The position numbers and the translations under genes are program-made. From IMG/VR virus record IMGVR_UViG_3300042874_000108, positions 1 to 51,001 of that record: a stretch of 51,001 nucleotides of DNA; one strand, given 5' to 3'. The notes beneath the pieces are model-generated. The model did not search any database, was not told the origin of the DNA, and saw nothing but the letters and a program-made list of their open reading frames with translations. Positions 26,528-35,670 of this stretch are shown here, one piece after another. The DNA comes from a virus. Taxonomy: Duplodnaviria > Caudoviricetes. The number at the start of each line of letters is the position of its first letter. The stretch's first letter is position 1.

Positions 26528-28261
26528 TCATGCGTCACTGACACTTGATATCGTCGCGCTGCCCCCGGTGCTTCCGAGAGAGCTGGTCGTCTTCGCGGGC
26601 TTGATCGAGTCAGTGTACGCCGGGCCAGTGCCGCCGAACCGTGCCTCGACGAACAATGTCTGGTTGGACGTTTGCACCGTATTGAAGCTGATGCTCGTGC
26701 CAGAAGCTGCTGCGTCGATATAGCTGATGAAGGTGTCAGCCCCGTTGCTCGCGTTGTTGGTGCTGAAGTCATGCGAGGTGATCGTGAAGGTCTTGGTGCC
26801 AGTGTTGACCGCGCTGTACGGGTGTCGCGTGAAGCTGCCGTCCGCCCTCTTGATGCGGATCGTGCCGCTCGACGGGGTGTTCGCAGGGATGGCTTCAACC
26901 ACAACTACCGCCGTTACCGCTGCGCCAGTCAATGCCCCATTCAGCGATAACTGCCCTGTGTCCAGCGCACCTGCAAGCTCCGGCCCGACCAGCACGCGCC
27001 AGCCAGACTGCACACCACTTACGGTGAATTGCACGTTGTTGGGTGGTTGCCGCGTCGTGCCGTCCAGCGCAGTGATCTTGTCGTTCACCGAGAGGTCAGC
27101 GTATTCCAGCGAGAAGCCAAACGCGCCCACCAGAGACGAGCCGGTAGAAGCGCCGCAGAACGGTTTGGACAGCGCCTTCTCGACACCTGCCGAAGCAGTC
27201 GTAGCCGACACCGCGCCCTGCGTTACCGTGATCGCGCTGGCCGGAGCCACGCCGGTTAGCAACTGGAGGTAGAGAATGTGGTCAGTCGTGTCGTTGGCAA
27301 GAACCTGGCCAGAACCAGCAGTCGCGCCCGTGCCCCAAGACAGCGGGGTTGCGCCGCCCTCAACGAACGAGCCGCCCGTAGGCGTACCGACATCGACCGA
27401 GTGCGTAATGCCCCGGAAGCGTTCGCCGGGGAGGCCGTATAGCGCAGTGGTCTCGCCGTTACGCGAGAGGTACTTCAGACGCTCGTAGAACTGGTTGATC
27501 GTGTAGATATCCCGGTTCCATTCCGAGTAATACTCCTCGTTGGTCGCGTCTTGGTTTACGTCGATCAGGTTGTAGCCTGCGGTCACGTTGGTGATCGTAG
27601 TGTAGGTCGCCACCGTGCCAGACGCCGTCGTGTTGTTCAGGTCATCTGCGTACAACAGCGGAACCACGTTCACGCCCCGGCCAGTGGAGGGGATACGGAA
27701 CTCGTCGAATGTCTTGCCCCACTCACGAGTCGTGAAGATCAACGACCCGTTGTCGATCGCTGCGCCTGCGTCCCGAACTTTGACCATGAAGCGCATCGCC
27801 ACGCCGTTCGCCGGGTCAGCGTTCAATCCTGCGAAAGTCTCGCCGTTCGGTGTGTTGTTCCAGAACTTGTCTGCCAGCACGGCGTTATTCTGGAGCACGT
27901 TGACGATCACGCCCCGGTTGCCGACCACCGAGATGCCGTCGTAAATGACCTCAGTGCCGCCAGTGCCCTGAATGATGGAGCCGCCGAAAATATACTGGCT
28001 GGCCTTGGTTGCGAACACGTCGTCAAGCCCGAAACCGTTCAACAGCTGGATGATGGTGTCGAACTTTTTGTCCGTCGGGTTAACGGTCGTGATGTCCATG
28101 AAATCGTCGCCGCTGATCGTGGCGTCGTCGGCCAAGTCTTGCAGCCAGCGGTGAAGCTCCAGTACAGAGACGTAATTCGCCCCAGCGGCCCCGTGCGCCG
28201 GGCCGGTATACCGGATCAACTTACCTGCCTGAACCTGCCATTTAGTTGCGTCTAGCGCCAT
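26528..28261 (-). CDS. Accessory virion structural protein
   Basis: 577 aa, AGGAG RBS, Y(S/T)VLELHRWLQDLADD N-terminal motif. Confidence 0.7.
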   Translation of the reverse strand: MALDATKWQVQAGKLIRYTGPAHGAAGANYVSVLELHRWLQDLADDATISGDDFMDITTVNPTDKKFDTIIQLLNGFGLDDVFATKASQYIFGGSIIQGTGGTEVIYDGISVVGNRGVIVNVLQNNAVLADKFWNNTPNGETFAGLNADPANGVAMRFMVKVRDAGAAIDNGSLIFTTREWGKTFDEFRIPSTGRGVNVVPLLYADDLNNTTASGTVATYTTITNVTAGYNLIDVNQDATNEEYYSEWNRDIYTINQFYERLKYLSRNGETTALYGLPGERFRGITHSVDVGTPTGGSFVEGGATPLSWGTGATAGSGQVLANDTTDHILYLQLLTGVAPASAITVTQGAVSATTASAGVEKALSKPFCGASTGSSLVGAFGFSLEYADLSVNDKITALDGTTRQPPNNVQFTVSGVQSGWRVLVGPELAGALDTGQLSLNGALTGAAVTAVVVVEAIPANTPSSGTIRIKRADGSFTRHPYSAVNTGTKTFTITSHDFSTNNASNGADTFISYIDAAASGTSISFNTVQTSNQTLFVEARFGGTGPAYTDSIKPAKTTSSLGSTGGSATISSVSDA

Positions 28262-28276
28262 GTCGCTCTCCTGAAA

Positions 28277-28768
28277 TTATTCCGTTACATCCTCAGCGTG
28301 CCAGTCTACCAAACCATTCAGCCGACCAGCACAGGTTTCGTAATGCCGGTTCGCTTCTGCGATCCAGTAGGCAACGTCGGTATCAGAGGCGGCAAGGTCG
28401 GCGGGACTTTCTGCAACAGGCTTGCCGGCGGGCGGCTTGCTGGCGGTATCGGTTGCGGGCTGCAACAAGCGGACAGCAGCAGGGTCAAGGCACTTGCGGC
28501 CAGTAGTGACGGATGGGACATTTCGGATAACCTCCACGGTTTTGATGACGATGCGCCCCTCGGCGGCGGCTATCCGGGCAGTCGCGGCGTCAGCGCGCAA
28601 ACGCTCGGCGTCCAGCGCTTTGATGTGCAACGCCAGCGCGTCGGCGCGATCCGCCTCGGCGGCATTAGTGGCCGCCCGGTGCCCCGCAGCGAACCCGCCG
28701 CCCACTAGCGCCAGGGACAGCAGCACGACGGCGAGGACGCGGTAAGGAAGCGGGACGAGGCTAAACAT
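28277..28768 (-). CDS. Rz: Rz-like inner-membrane spanin
   Basis: N-terminal TM, Ala-rich coiled coil, follows endolysin and holin-like genes. Confidence 0.75.
   Translation of the reverse strand: MFSLVPLPYRVLAVVLLSLALVGGGFAAGHRAATNAAEADRADALALHIKALDAERLRADAATARIAAAEGRIVIKTVEVIRNVPSVTTGRKCLDPAAVRLLQPATDTASKPPAGKPVAESPADLAASDTDVAYWIAEANRHYETCAGRLNGLVDWHAEDVTE
28318..28521 (-). CDS. Rz1: Rz1-like outer-membrane lipoprotein spanin embedded in Rz
   Basis: Lipobox LLLSAC followed by a Pro-rich segment in an alternative frame. Confidence 0.6.
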   Translation of the reverse strand: MSHPSLLAASALTLLLSACCSPQPIPPASRPPASLLQKVPPTLPPLIPTLPTGSQKRTGITKPVLVG

Positions 28769-29072
28769 CCCGCTCTTTCACGCTAGGCGGCTGGGCGAAC
28801 ATCCTGGTCAGGATTGGCGTCACCCACAGGCCGCCGTAGATGACAAGGTAGCCTTCTGTCATCTTTCCGTCCACGCACAGTTTAAGCATCAGCCAGGACG
28901 TGACCACAAGGGACGTGGCGAACGCTGCGGCGGTACGCGAGGCCCGCCCGTTCTCCATCAGCAAGTCGAGCATGTCAAAAGTGTTGTCGCCTTTCTGTGA
29001 CCGCCACAAAGCCACTGCGATGAGCGCGGCCAGCAGGCCGAGTATTGAGTACGTCCAGAAATCAGTCGTCAT
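28761..29072 (-). CDS. Holin-like membrane protein
   Basis: Three TM segments, AAGGAGG RBS, between endolysin and spanin. Confidence 0.6.
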   Translation of the reverse strand: MTTDFWTYSILGLLAALIAVALWRSQKGDNTFDMLDLLMENGRASRTAAAFATSLVVTSWLMLKLCVDGKMTEGYLVIYGGLWVTPILTRMFAQPPSVKERDV

Positions 29073-29608
29073 GCGATGGCCTCCTTTGCGGAACCCCACA
29101 ATGCCAGGCGATCCTCCATCCCGTTGTACCCCCCGTTGATGCGCTTGGTAATGCGTTTGAAATCACCAGCGTCCGCAAGTTCGTTGCAACCGTGAGTTTG
29201 CCAGAACCATGCGGCTGACATCGCAGCCCAGGGGCGCATCTCAAGCAAGGTTGGTTGATCCTCGAACGGCTGCCCCAACGCCAGCCCGCAGGTGCGGTAG
29301 TTGTAGCGCCCGGTAATCTGGATCAGCCCGCGCCCCATGTACCGCTTGCCGTCGCCCGGATGCGTATTGCCGAGGTCGGTGCGGCCTTCATATCTCGCCT
29401 GCCACGGAGCCTGACTCGGGTTCCATATTTCACGCACGAATTGAAACCGACTGGATTCGTGAGCCACCTGTGCAATGAACGCGCCCATGCGCTGCGGAGT
29501 GTTGATGTCGAATTTACCCATCGCGTCGTTCAATGGCTTTTGCCACGCTTGCGCCCGCAGTAGGGGGCATTGTGCCGCGCGGGCAATAGTGACGGCCGGC
29601 AGGTTCAC
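29069..29608 (-). CDS. Endolysin, glycoside hydrolase family 19 (start may be 29620)
   Basis: FIAQVAHES, GRGLIQITGRYNY, SAAWFW, ITKRINGGYNG. Confidence 0.92.
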   Translation of the reverse strand: MNLPAVTIARAAQCPLLRAQAWQKPLNDAMGKFDINTPQRMGAFIAQVAHESSRFQFVREIWNPSQAPWQARYEGRTDLGNTHPGDGKRYMGRGLIQITGRYNYRTCGLALGQPFEDQPTLLEMRPWAAMSAAWFWQTHGCNELADAGDFKRITKRINGGYNGMEDRLALWGSAKEAIA

Positions 29609-29745
29609 TTCGCCCACCACGCTGCCCCCACCACTATCACCAGCACCAGACCGAGCACGGCCACCAGCGCCAGCACGATCAGGCCTCCAGCTATCATGCC
29701 ATGCGCGAACGACTGACGATGGAGTTCGTAGTCATAGTCTATCAT
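29605..29745 (-). CDS. Small single-TM protein (46 aa) in the lysis module
   Basis: Read directly; long hydrophobic run; coupled at both ends. Confidence 0.5.
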   Translation of the reverse strand: MIDYDYELHRQSFAHGMIAGGLIVLALVAVLGLVLVIVVGAAWWAK

Positions 29746-29972
29746 TGCGGGTTCTCGCTCACTAATTTGAAATGTGCAGCGTATACGTCGCCTATCTTGT
29801 AACTGTCAGCATGTTCGGCCGGAACCCGCAGGGCGATCTCTCCGTGTACTTCGTTACGAGTGTTGATCTGCAGCCGCAGCTCAACAGTCTTGCCGCAGTC
29901 GAAGGGTTTTGATATTTCCACGACCACCGCGTGGATGCACGGTTCGTTCACGGGCCAAAAACCGGGGGTCAT
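29742..29972 (-). CDS. Hypothetical protein
   Basis: GAGG RBS before ATG 29972. Confidence 0.5.
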   Translation of the reverse strand: MTPGFWPVNEPCIHAVVVEISKPFDCGKTVELRLQINTRNEVHGEIALRVPAEHADSYKIGDVYAAHFKLVSENPQ

Positions 29973-30054
29973 TTCATTACCTCGCTGGCGAGCACAAGGG
30001 CCAGCAAGGCAACCGCACAAACAATGGCGCAGGCAACCAGAACCGGGTGCGCGT

Positions 30055-30369
30055 TCAGGCATCCTTCTCCGTCACGCGGAGCACCATGCGGACGGTCTGA
30101 CGTAAGCCGAGGTGTGCGGTGGCCCCGCTCAGACCGATCAGGCCGAGCGTCGGGACGTTCAGCCCAAACATCGACGGCAGTAGCGAGTGCAAAATCAGGA
30201 AGGTGGTAACTGTGACGAACAGCGCCGTCACCCCCTCGACAGCCCCAACAAGCATATTTTCCGTTTTCCCGCGTTGAGCATAGCCCCGAAGGCCGTTGAC
30301 CATCCCAGCCAGCGCCCCAACGGCGACCAGTAACGCCCAGTCCAAAACACCCGGCGGTTCGATGTTCAT
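30055..30369 (-). CDS. Putative holin
   Basis: Three TM segments with basic C-terminus; GAGGA RBS; first gene of the lysis module. Confidence 0.65.
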   Translation of the reverse strand: MNIEPPGVLDWALLVAVGALAGMVNGLRGYAQRGKTENMLVGAVEGVTALFVTVTTFLILHSLLPSMFGLNVPTLGLIGLSGATAHLGLRQTVRMVLRVTEKDA

Positions 30370-30377
30370 TTTTATCC

Positions 30378-31031
30378 TCAGACATCTGACGTGACCCTCA
30401 CTATGTTTGTTCCGTCGCACTCAACGATTGCGCGCATTCCTGGAGCGATTGTAGTACCAGTTCCGCTTGCTGCGATAACCTGCACGCCGAACGCGGTGGT
30501 GTTGGCAAATACGGTGTATGCCCTCGGCACCAGGGGCACGACGACATTGCGTAACGCCGTCAGCGCGCCCGTCAGTTCCATGCTCTCGCACATTGCCTGC
30601 TGGTAGGTGAGCGTCTGGTTTGCGTCGGCCATCGCCAGCACGAAGCGGCCATAAAGAAAGCGGTTGACGTGGTGCGGGTCGCGGTGATCTTCGTAGCTGG
30701 TGATGGTGCTGGCGCCCGTAACTACCCGGTACAAGGCCAATTTTTCCGGCGGGAACACGGTGGCGTTGTCAGTCACGGCCAGCGCGCGATCAGCAGCGAC
30801 GTACCGCGTGCTGGAGGCGGTCAGCGCCAGGGTCGTGTTGGCTTTGGCGGTAGCGGCGGCGTTGATGTGCCAGCGGCTCAGGCCGTAGTAGTCCCAATTA
30901 AGTCCACTTGTGGACTGCCGACGCCCGAAGTAACTGGAGCCACTCACCGAGTTCATCAACTCGTTCACGGTGGTTTCTTTGCCCGCTTGCGCGGTGGTCA
31001 TTTGGGTCAGCAGGCTGGTCGAGTCGCTCAT
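30378..31031 (-). CDS. Tail tip-associated protein (DUF2793-like N-terminus)
   Basis: AQAGKETTVNE motif directly after the central tail protein. Confidence 0.65.
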   Translation of the reverse strand: MSDSTSLLTQMTTAQAGKETTVNELMNSVSGSSYFGRRQSTSGLNWDYYGLSRWHINAAATAKANTTLALTASSTRYVAADRALAVTDNATVFPPEKLALYRVVTGASTITSYEDHRDPHHVNRFLYGRFVLAMADANQTLTYQQAMCESMELTGALTALRNVVVPLVPRAYTVFANTTAFGVQVIAASGTGTTIAPGMRAIVECDGTNIVRVTSDV

Positions 31032-31035
31032 GGCA

Positions 31036-32307
31036 TCACCTTGTAATGGCTGCGGTCAGGGGGTATCCCCGGCCTACGATTGCGGAAAGTTGGTAGATTT
31101 TTACGTACAGCGTGGCCTGGTTGCTGCCGAAGTCCGTCACCTGGTTTGCGCTGGTATAAACCACGGTTGGCGTGCTGCTGGTCAGCGTGCGCTTGAGGGT
31201 GGTGTAGGTGTTGCTGCTGAAAATATCGACTTCGTAGGATTCCACAGACTCGCCGAGCGAGGCGTCAACGTAGTCGCGCCAGCCGCCGAACCGTGAGCGG
31301 CGAACCCACGTCAGTGTCCAGTCGTTCGCCGCCGGGGCGGTTCGGTTTCCGGTAAGGTGCGAGGGCGACAGGCATTCGAGATTGACTCCGGTGTAGGTGA
31401 ACGACCGGCTGGCGTCGCTGTCCAGAGTCGCGCCGCTGGTGATGCCTCGGTACAATTTCTCGCTGCCAATCGCCGCCGAGTTGACGTTGATGAAGTCAAG
31501 CGACGTGGTGTTCAGCCGCACCAGCGTGTCGTTGGCAGCGTGCAGGCCAGTCGCCCACTCCGTGCCCTGCTGCCCGCGCAGGAAGTCTTGCAAAATGTAG
31601 CTGCCGTCGCCCTGTAGCGTGGCGGTGCGCGCGGCGATGATTTCCCAGCGGCCGTGCCCCCCATACGCGAACCAGTTCTGCCCGGCGAATAGCTGGGCCT
31701 CAGTCACACTTGAGAGCGTACCCTGGTACATACGGCAAGCCAGCGTGGATGCGGCGTCATAGGTTGTGCCGGGGTGGCTGGCGAGCGTGCCGGTCGCGTA
31801 GCCGAAGGTCGATCCCGGCGAGACCCCACGCGCGAGGTCAGTCCACGATTGGCCGCCGTCTTCACTACGGAATAAAACCCCGCTCGGCCAGCCCGACAGA
31901 TACCCGGTCATTGCGGCGGGGAATCCCGGCGTGTTGGCGGCGTCATCCATCATCGGGATGTCGAGCAGCACGTAGACAGACGGGCCGGCCAGTGTGAGCG
32001 TGCCGCCGGTGCTTTGGCCTTCGTCAGCCACCCCGGCTTGCAGGTAGGTTGCGGGTGCGTCATACTTGGCCTTGCACTCCAGCCGCCCGTCCGGCAGCAG
32101 GTTGATCGAGGTGAGGCGCAACAGGTAGGTTCCGTCGGTCGTGGTGACGGTGATCGTGTCGGCGGGTTCGAGGTGCTGGTATGTTGGCGGCAGCGTCAGG
32201 TTTACGTCGTAGCGTTCGAGCCATGCCAGGTACAGCAGACGTTGCACCACCTGCTTGGCCTCGGTGGCGTCCAGTACGATAGGCAGTTCGACAGACAGCG
32301 TGTTCAT
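31036..32307 (-). CDS. Central tail tip/host-specificity protein, C-terminal part
   Basis: LEPADTITV, LLDIP, WEII...LRGQQGTE, WVRRSR..GW, ESYEVDI motifs of GTA-type megatron-like proteins. Confidence 0.75.
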   Translation of the reverse strand: MNTLSVELPIVLDATEAKQVVQRLLYLAWLERYDVNLTLPPTYQHLEPADTITVTTTDGTYLLRLTSINLLPDGRLECKAKYDAPATYLQAGVADEGQSTGGTLTLAGPSVYVLLDIPMMDDAANTPGFPAAMTGYLSGWPSGVLFRSEDGGQSWTDLARGVSPGSTFGYATGTLASHPGTTYDAASTLACRMYQGTLSSVTEAQLFAGQNWFAYGGHGRWEIIAARTATLQGDGSYILQDFLRGQQGTEWATGLHAANDTLVRLNTTSLDFINVNSAAIGSEKLYRGITSGATLDSDASRSFTYTGVNLECLSPSHLTGNRTAPAANDWTLTWVRRSRFGGWRDYVDASLGESVESYEVDIFSSNTYTTLKRTLTSSTPTVVYTSANQVTDFGSNQATLYVKIYQLSAIVGRGYPLTAAITR

Positions 32308-34208
32308 TCGCGCGATTCCTCGGCGACGTTTGCGTCGTATTCCCGCGTCGCGTCGAGGTAAGTGGCGGTCAGTTGCCGGGGCAGAACCAAGTCCATCTCC
32401 CGCACGTTGGCGATCCGCACGCCGGGGGATGCCCCGGCCTCCCGTGCATCCAGCTCACCCTCGGTGATCGTTGCCACACTTGCGCCGCCGCGCTTCTTGA
32501 ACTTGATTTTGTACCCTTGCTGGATGGCGTCAAACGGCCAGGCTTTTCGTAGCGGGTCGATACCGCCGCGCAGGGGTGCAAGGGCGCTTACTCTGTAGCC
32601 GCGCACTTGGTCGGTCAGTTCGGTTACATCAAGGTCGGCTGCGGTGAGCAGGTCTGACTTCAGGCATTCGGCCTCGACTATGGAAGAGAGCGGGACTCCG
32701 TTTACGCTAACGCGACCAATCTGCCACCCTGCCTGCACAAACGCAGGCAGGGATGATCCTGTATTTCTTGATCCATAAAAGATCGTATTGCCTATCGCGG
32801 TAACTGCTGGACGTAATGAAAAAGTAACGCCAGGAAAGTTCGTTGGGACTGTCCCCTCGTAGACTATCGCTTGCGAATTTAGGTCGATTGATATGATCAG
32901 AACAAAGGATGCGCCAGAACCGACTGAACCAATAAAGTGCAGCGTGCCATCAGAAACAACACTTGCATTGTCCTGTGCTCCGATTAGAAAATTAGCGGCC
33001 GGAGTAACGGTAAATTGACTGACCATAACCATGTCTTGGTCGCGTGTGGTTATTGTCATAGGGCCAGTTGAAACCGTCCTGCAAGTAACTACCGAGTTTC
33101 CCTCGTCCACGGCAATAAGACAGTTATTAGAAACAGCAGCAGTTGATCTGATCTCAGGTATCGTCCCATCCCTAATCGATGAAATTGAATAGGCCGCACC
33201 GAGACTCCAGTATATAAAGATCACGCCATCTTTCTCTGCGAGAATTCGCGGCGAGGAACCGGCTATTTGAAGTCTACTAAGTTGCCCTTGCTTTCCCCAT
33301 AAAACAATGTCGTTGGATGCAATAAACGCATACTGAAGCGAGTGAAGGCTTGACCCTAAAACCATGACGGGAAAAGTGGTCGGAAAAGTGGCTCCATCAT
33401 CCAGCCTTGAGAAACTGACGATCTCGCTTCCGTTAGACCGCACCCACAATGGGTAGGAGGATGACGGGACAACGAAGTTACTTAACCCGTTTTCGTCCAT
33501 CGGGTTTCCAGCAGAACGCTGCGTCCCTCCATAGTCAGCGCCGCCAATAATGCTGAAATTTGAGATAAGGTGGTTGGAGGCCCCCCCGTCTGTAACCACC
33601 TCCACCTTGACCTGCGCCGCCGCCAACGAATTGCCGAAATCCTTGAGCGCCATCTCCTCAAACACGATGTAGGCGAGGCCACGGTATGCTGGCACGTTGG
33701 CGACGCCGCGGTCTGCCTGGATGAGCGGGTCGGCAAGCTGGGTATCTGAGCCGGTGTAGAGTGTGAACGTGTTGTTCTGGTTGCTGGCGATGATGGTTGA
33801 GAGGTCATCGCTTCCGGCGTCGTACCAGAGTTGCCCTCCGACCCATATCCGGCGCACCGCGTCGATCTCGCCTTCACAAAGTCCAACGGCGAAGGTGGCG
33901 AAGTATTCGAAGGTCGTTACCTCGGGGCCGCCCTTGCCCTCGCTCTCCGCTTCATGCTCGATCAGGGCGTTACCCTGAATCCAGAATATGTTACCCGTCA
34001 CCGGGGCCGTTCCGTAGATACGCGGAATGAAAGCCCCGTAGGTGCTGGTCTGCTGGGCGAGGTCATCGAGTCGCGGGCCGAGCACCTTGGGTGGATCGAC
34101 CAGCCCGCCGAGGGTGATGCCGATCTGGGCGCCAATAACCGGGTTGCCGACGAAGAACCCGACTACGGCACCGACTACCCCGCCAACTATCTGGCCCGTG
34201 CTACTCAT
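32304..34208 (-). CDS. Central tail tip/host-specificity protein, N-terminal part
   Basis: GPRLDDL..QTSTYGAFIPRIYG, FAVGLCEG, PAYRGLAYIVF..L.DFGN. Confidence 0.8.
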   Translation of the reverse strand: MSSTGQIVGGVVGAVVGFFVGNPVIGAQIGITLGGLVDPPKVLGPRLDDLAQQTSTYGAFIPRIYGTAPVTGNIFWIQGNALIEHEAESEGKGGPEVTTFEYFATFAVGLCEGEIDAVRRIWVGGQLWYDAGSDDLSTIIASNQNNTFTLYTGSDTQLADPLIQADRGVANVPAYRGLAYIVFEEMALKDFGNSLAAAQVKVEVVTDGGASNHLISNFSIIGGADYGGTQRSAGNPMDENGLSNFVVPSSSYPLWVRSNGSEIVSFSRLDDGATFPTTFPVMVLGSSLHSLQYAFIASNDIVLWGKQGQLSRLQIAGSSPRILAEKDGVIFIYWSLGAAYSISSIRDGTIPEIRSTAAVSNNCLIAVDEGNSVVTCRTVSTGPMTITTRDQDMVMVSQFTVTPAANFLIGAQDNASVVSDGTLHFIGSVGSGASFVLIISIDLNSQAIVYEGTVPTNFPGVTFSLRPAVTAIGNTIFYGSRNTGSSLPAFVQAGWQIGRVSVNGVPLSSIVEAECLKSDLLTAADLDVTELTDQVRGYRVSALAPLRGGIDPLRKAWPFDAIQQGYKIKFKKRGGASVATITEGELDAREAGASPGVRIANVREMDLVLPRQLTATYLDATREYDANVAEESRE

Positions 34209-34606
34209 GCCATGCCCTCAAACTGGTACGCGCGCACCACGCGGGCACGCCATACGTCGCTGAAATTGTGCTCGACTACCAACTTACTTTTGCCGTAGCT
34301 GTGGATGATCGTTTGCCCGGCGCAGATGGCGAGGTGCTGCGGCTCGGTGCTGAATCGCATCAACAGCAAAGCCCCCGCAACGGCCTGCCCCGGCTCGATG
34401 AACGATTGCGCCTCCACCCACTGCTGCAACAGGCCGAGGTGCGGGCTGCGACCGTAGGCGCGCGGTTCGTCAACGTCATACCAATGCCGCGCCACCACCA
34501 CGGCAAGACCGGCACAATCGAGCGCCACTCCGGGGATGCGGCCCTGGTGGCGGAACGGGGTGCCGAGCTCGGCGCGGGCGGCGGCGATTATGGCGGCGGG
34601 GGTCAT
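34205..34606 (-). CDS. NlpC/P60 tail assembly peptidase
   Basis: GTPFRHQGR..G.ALDCAGL...PQHLAI...IIHS. Confidence 0.85.
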   Translation of the reverse strand: MTPAAIIAAARAELGTPFRHQGRIPGVALDCAGLAVVVARHWYDVDEPRAYGRSPHLGLLQQWVEAQSFIEPGQAVAGALLLMRFSTEPQHLAICAGQTIIHSYGKSKLVVEHNFSDVWRARVVRAYQFEGMA

Positions 34607-34608
34607 AA

Positions 34609-35670
34609 TCACGTCCCGCCAATCTGAGTGAAGGTCGAGGTGGTGGCGATGAAGCTGAACCCGCCGAAGTTGGCGATGTTCGCCCACTTGTCGCGGCAGT
34701 CTTCGAGCCGATGGCGACAGCCAGGAACCAGCGTGTACGCATCTCCGACAGCAACCGGGTAGTGGAATGCCTCATGCACGGTGATCGTGCCATTGAGCAG
34801 CGCGGCGGTGCCGCCGCTGGTGTAGGTGCTGAACGCGGTGCTGTTGATGTTGACCGTGATCGTGGTGGCGGCGATGGCTGTTACCGTGCCTGTCAGCCCG
34901 TTGATCTCAGTCATGCCAACTACGCCGGAGAATTCAACCACATCGCCGATGACGAACGTGTGCGTGCCGACCGTCACGACGGCGCTGGCGGCCTTGGTGA
35001 TGGCCGTAATCGCATTGATGCTGACGCCGACGTGGGACTTGATCTTGATCGGTTTCAGCCCGGCGTTTTGCCCGCTGGTGAATGCGATTGTGCCCTCTCC
35101 GAAGTAATCGGCTGCTTCAGCCCGCGTGCTGTCCCGGAAGACGCTGTTGCTGGTGACAGCAGTGAGCGTTCCGGTCACGGTTATGGGGCCGAGCGCAACC
35201 TTGCACCCAGCGAATTCCTGCCCCCCGAAAACCTTCTGGCAGTTCGCGGTGTACTGATCCCCGACGGTCTGGTTAAGGGCGTCGATCAGCATCATCATTT
35301 CGATGGTGTAGCGGTCGTCATCAAGCCTGGTCTTGCCGAGGATTGCGACGCCGAGCGGCTCTTCGTCAACTACGGGCGCATTCCATGTCGTGGCGAATGC
35401 GTACACTCGCGCGCCGTCGAACACGCCGGAACGAATCTGATCCAGGCTCATGCCGGTGATGGTAGACACGCCGGTGAGGTCGAGCACGCCGGGACTCATG
35501 TTGTCTTCCAGCGCCAGGCCGCTGAACTGGTAGCCGCTGTCTGTTTTGTACGTGTTCGCGCCCAGCACCACTTCGCGCACATGGTCGGTCAGGTATACCG
35601 GCGACCCCCATAGAGGAACGATGCGCAGGCAGTGGATTTTGTAGCGGCGGTCGGCTACTACGGCTTTCAT
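34609..35670 (-). CDS. Tail hub protein (DUF2163/BR0599-like) with inserted beta domain
   Basis: C...GC and PGCRHRLEDCRDKWANIANFGGF Fe-S-type C-terminus. Confidence 0.85.
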   Translation of the reverse strand: MKAVVADRRYKIHCLRIVPLWGSPVYLTDHVREVVLGANTYKTDSGYQFSGLALEDNMSPGVLDLTGVSTITGMSLDQIRSGVFDGARVYAFATTWNAPVVDEEPLGVAILGKTRLDDDRYTIEMMMLIDALNQTVGDQYTANCQKVFGGQEFAGCKVALGPITVTGTLTAVTSNSVFRDSTRAEAADYFGEGTIAFTSGQNAGLKPIKIKSHVGVSINAITAITKAASAVVTVGTHTFVIGDVVEFSGVVGMTEINGLTGTVTAIAATTITVNINSTAFSTYTSGGTAALLNGTITVHEAFHYPVAVGDAYTLVPGCRHRLEDCRDKWANIANFGGFSFIATTSTFTQIGGT

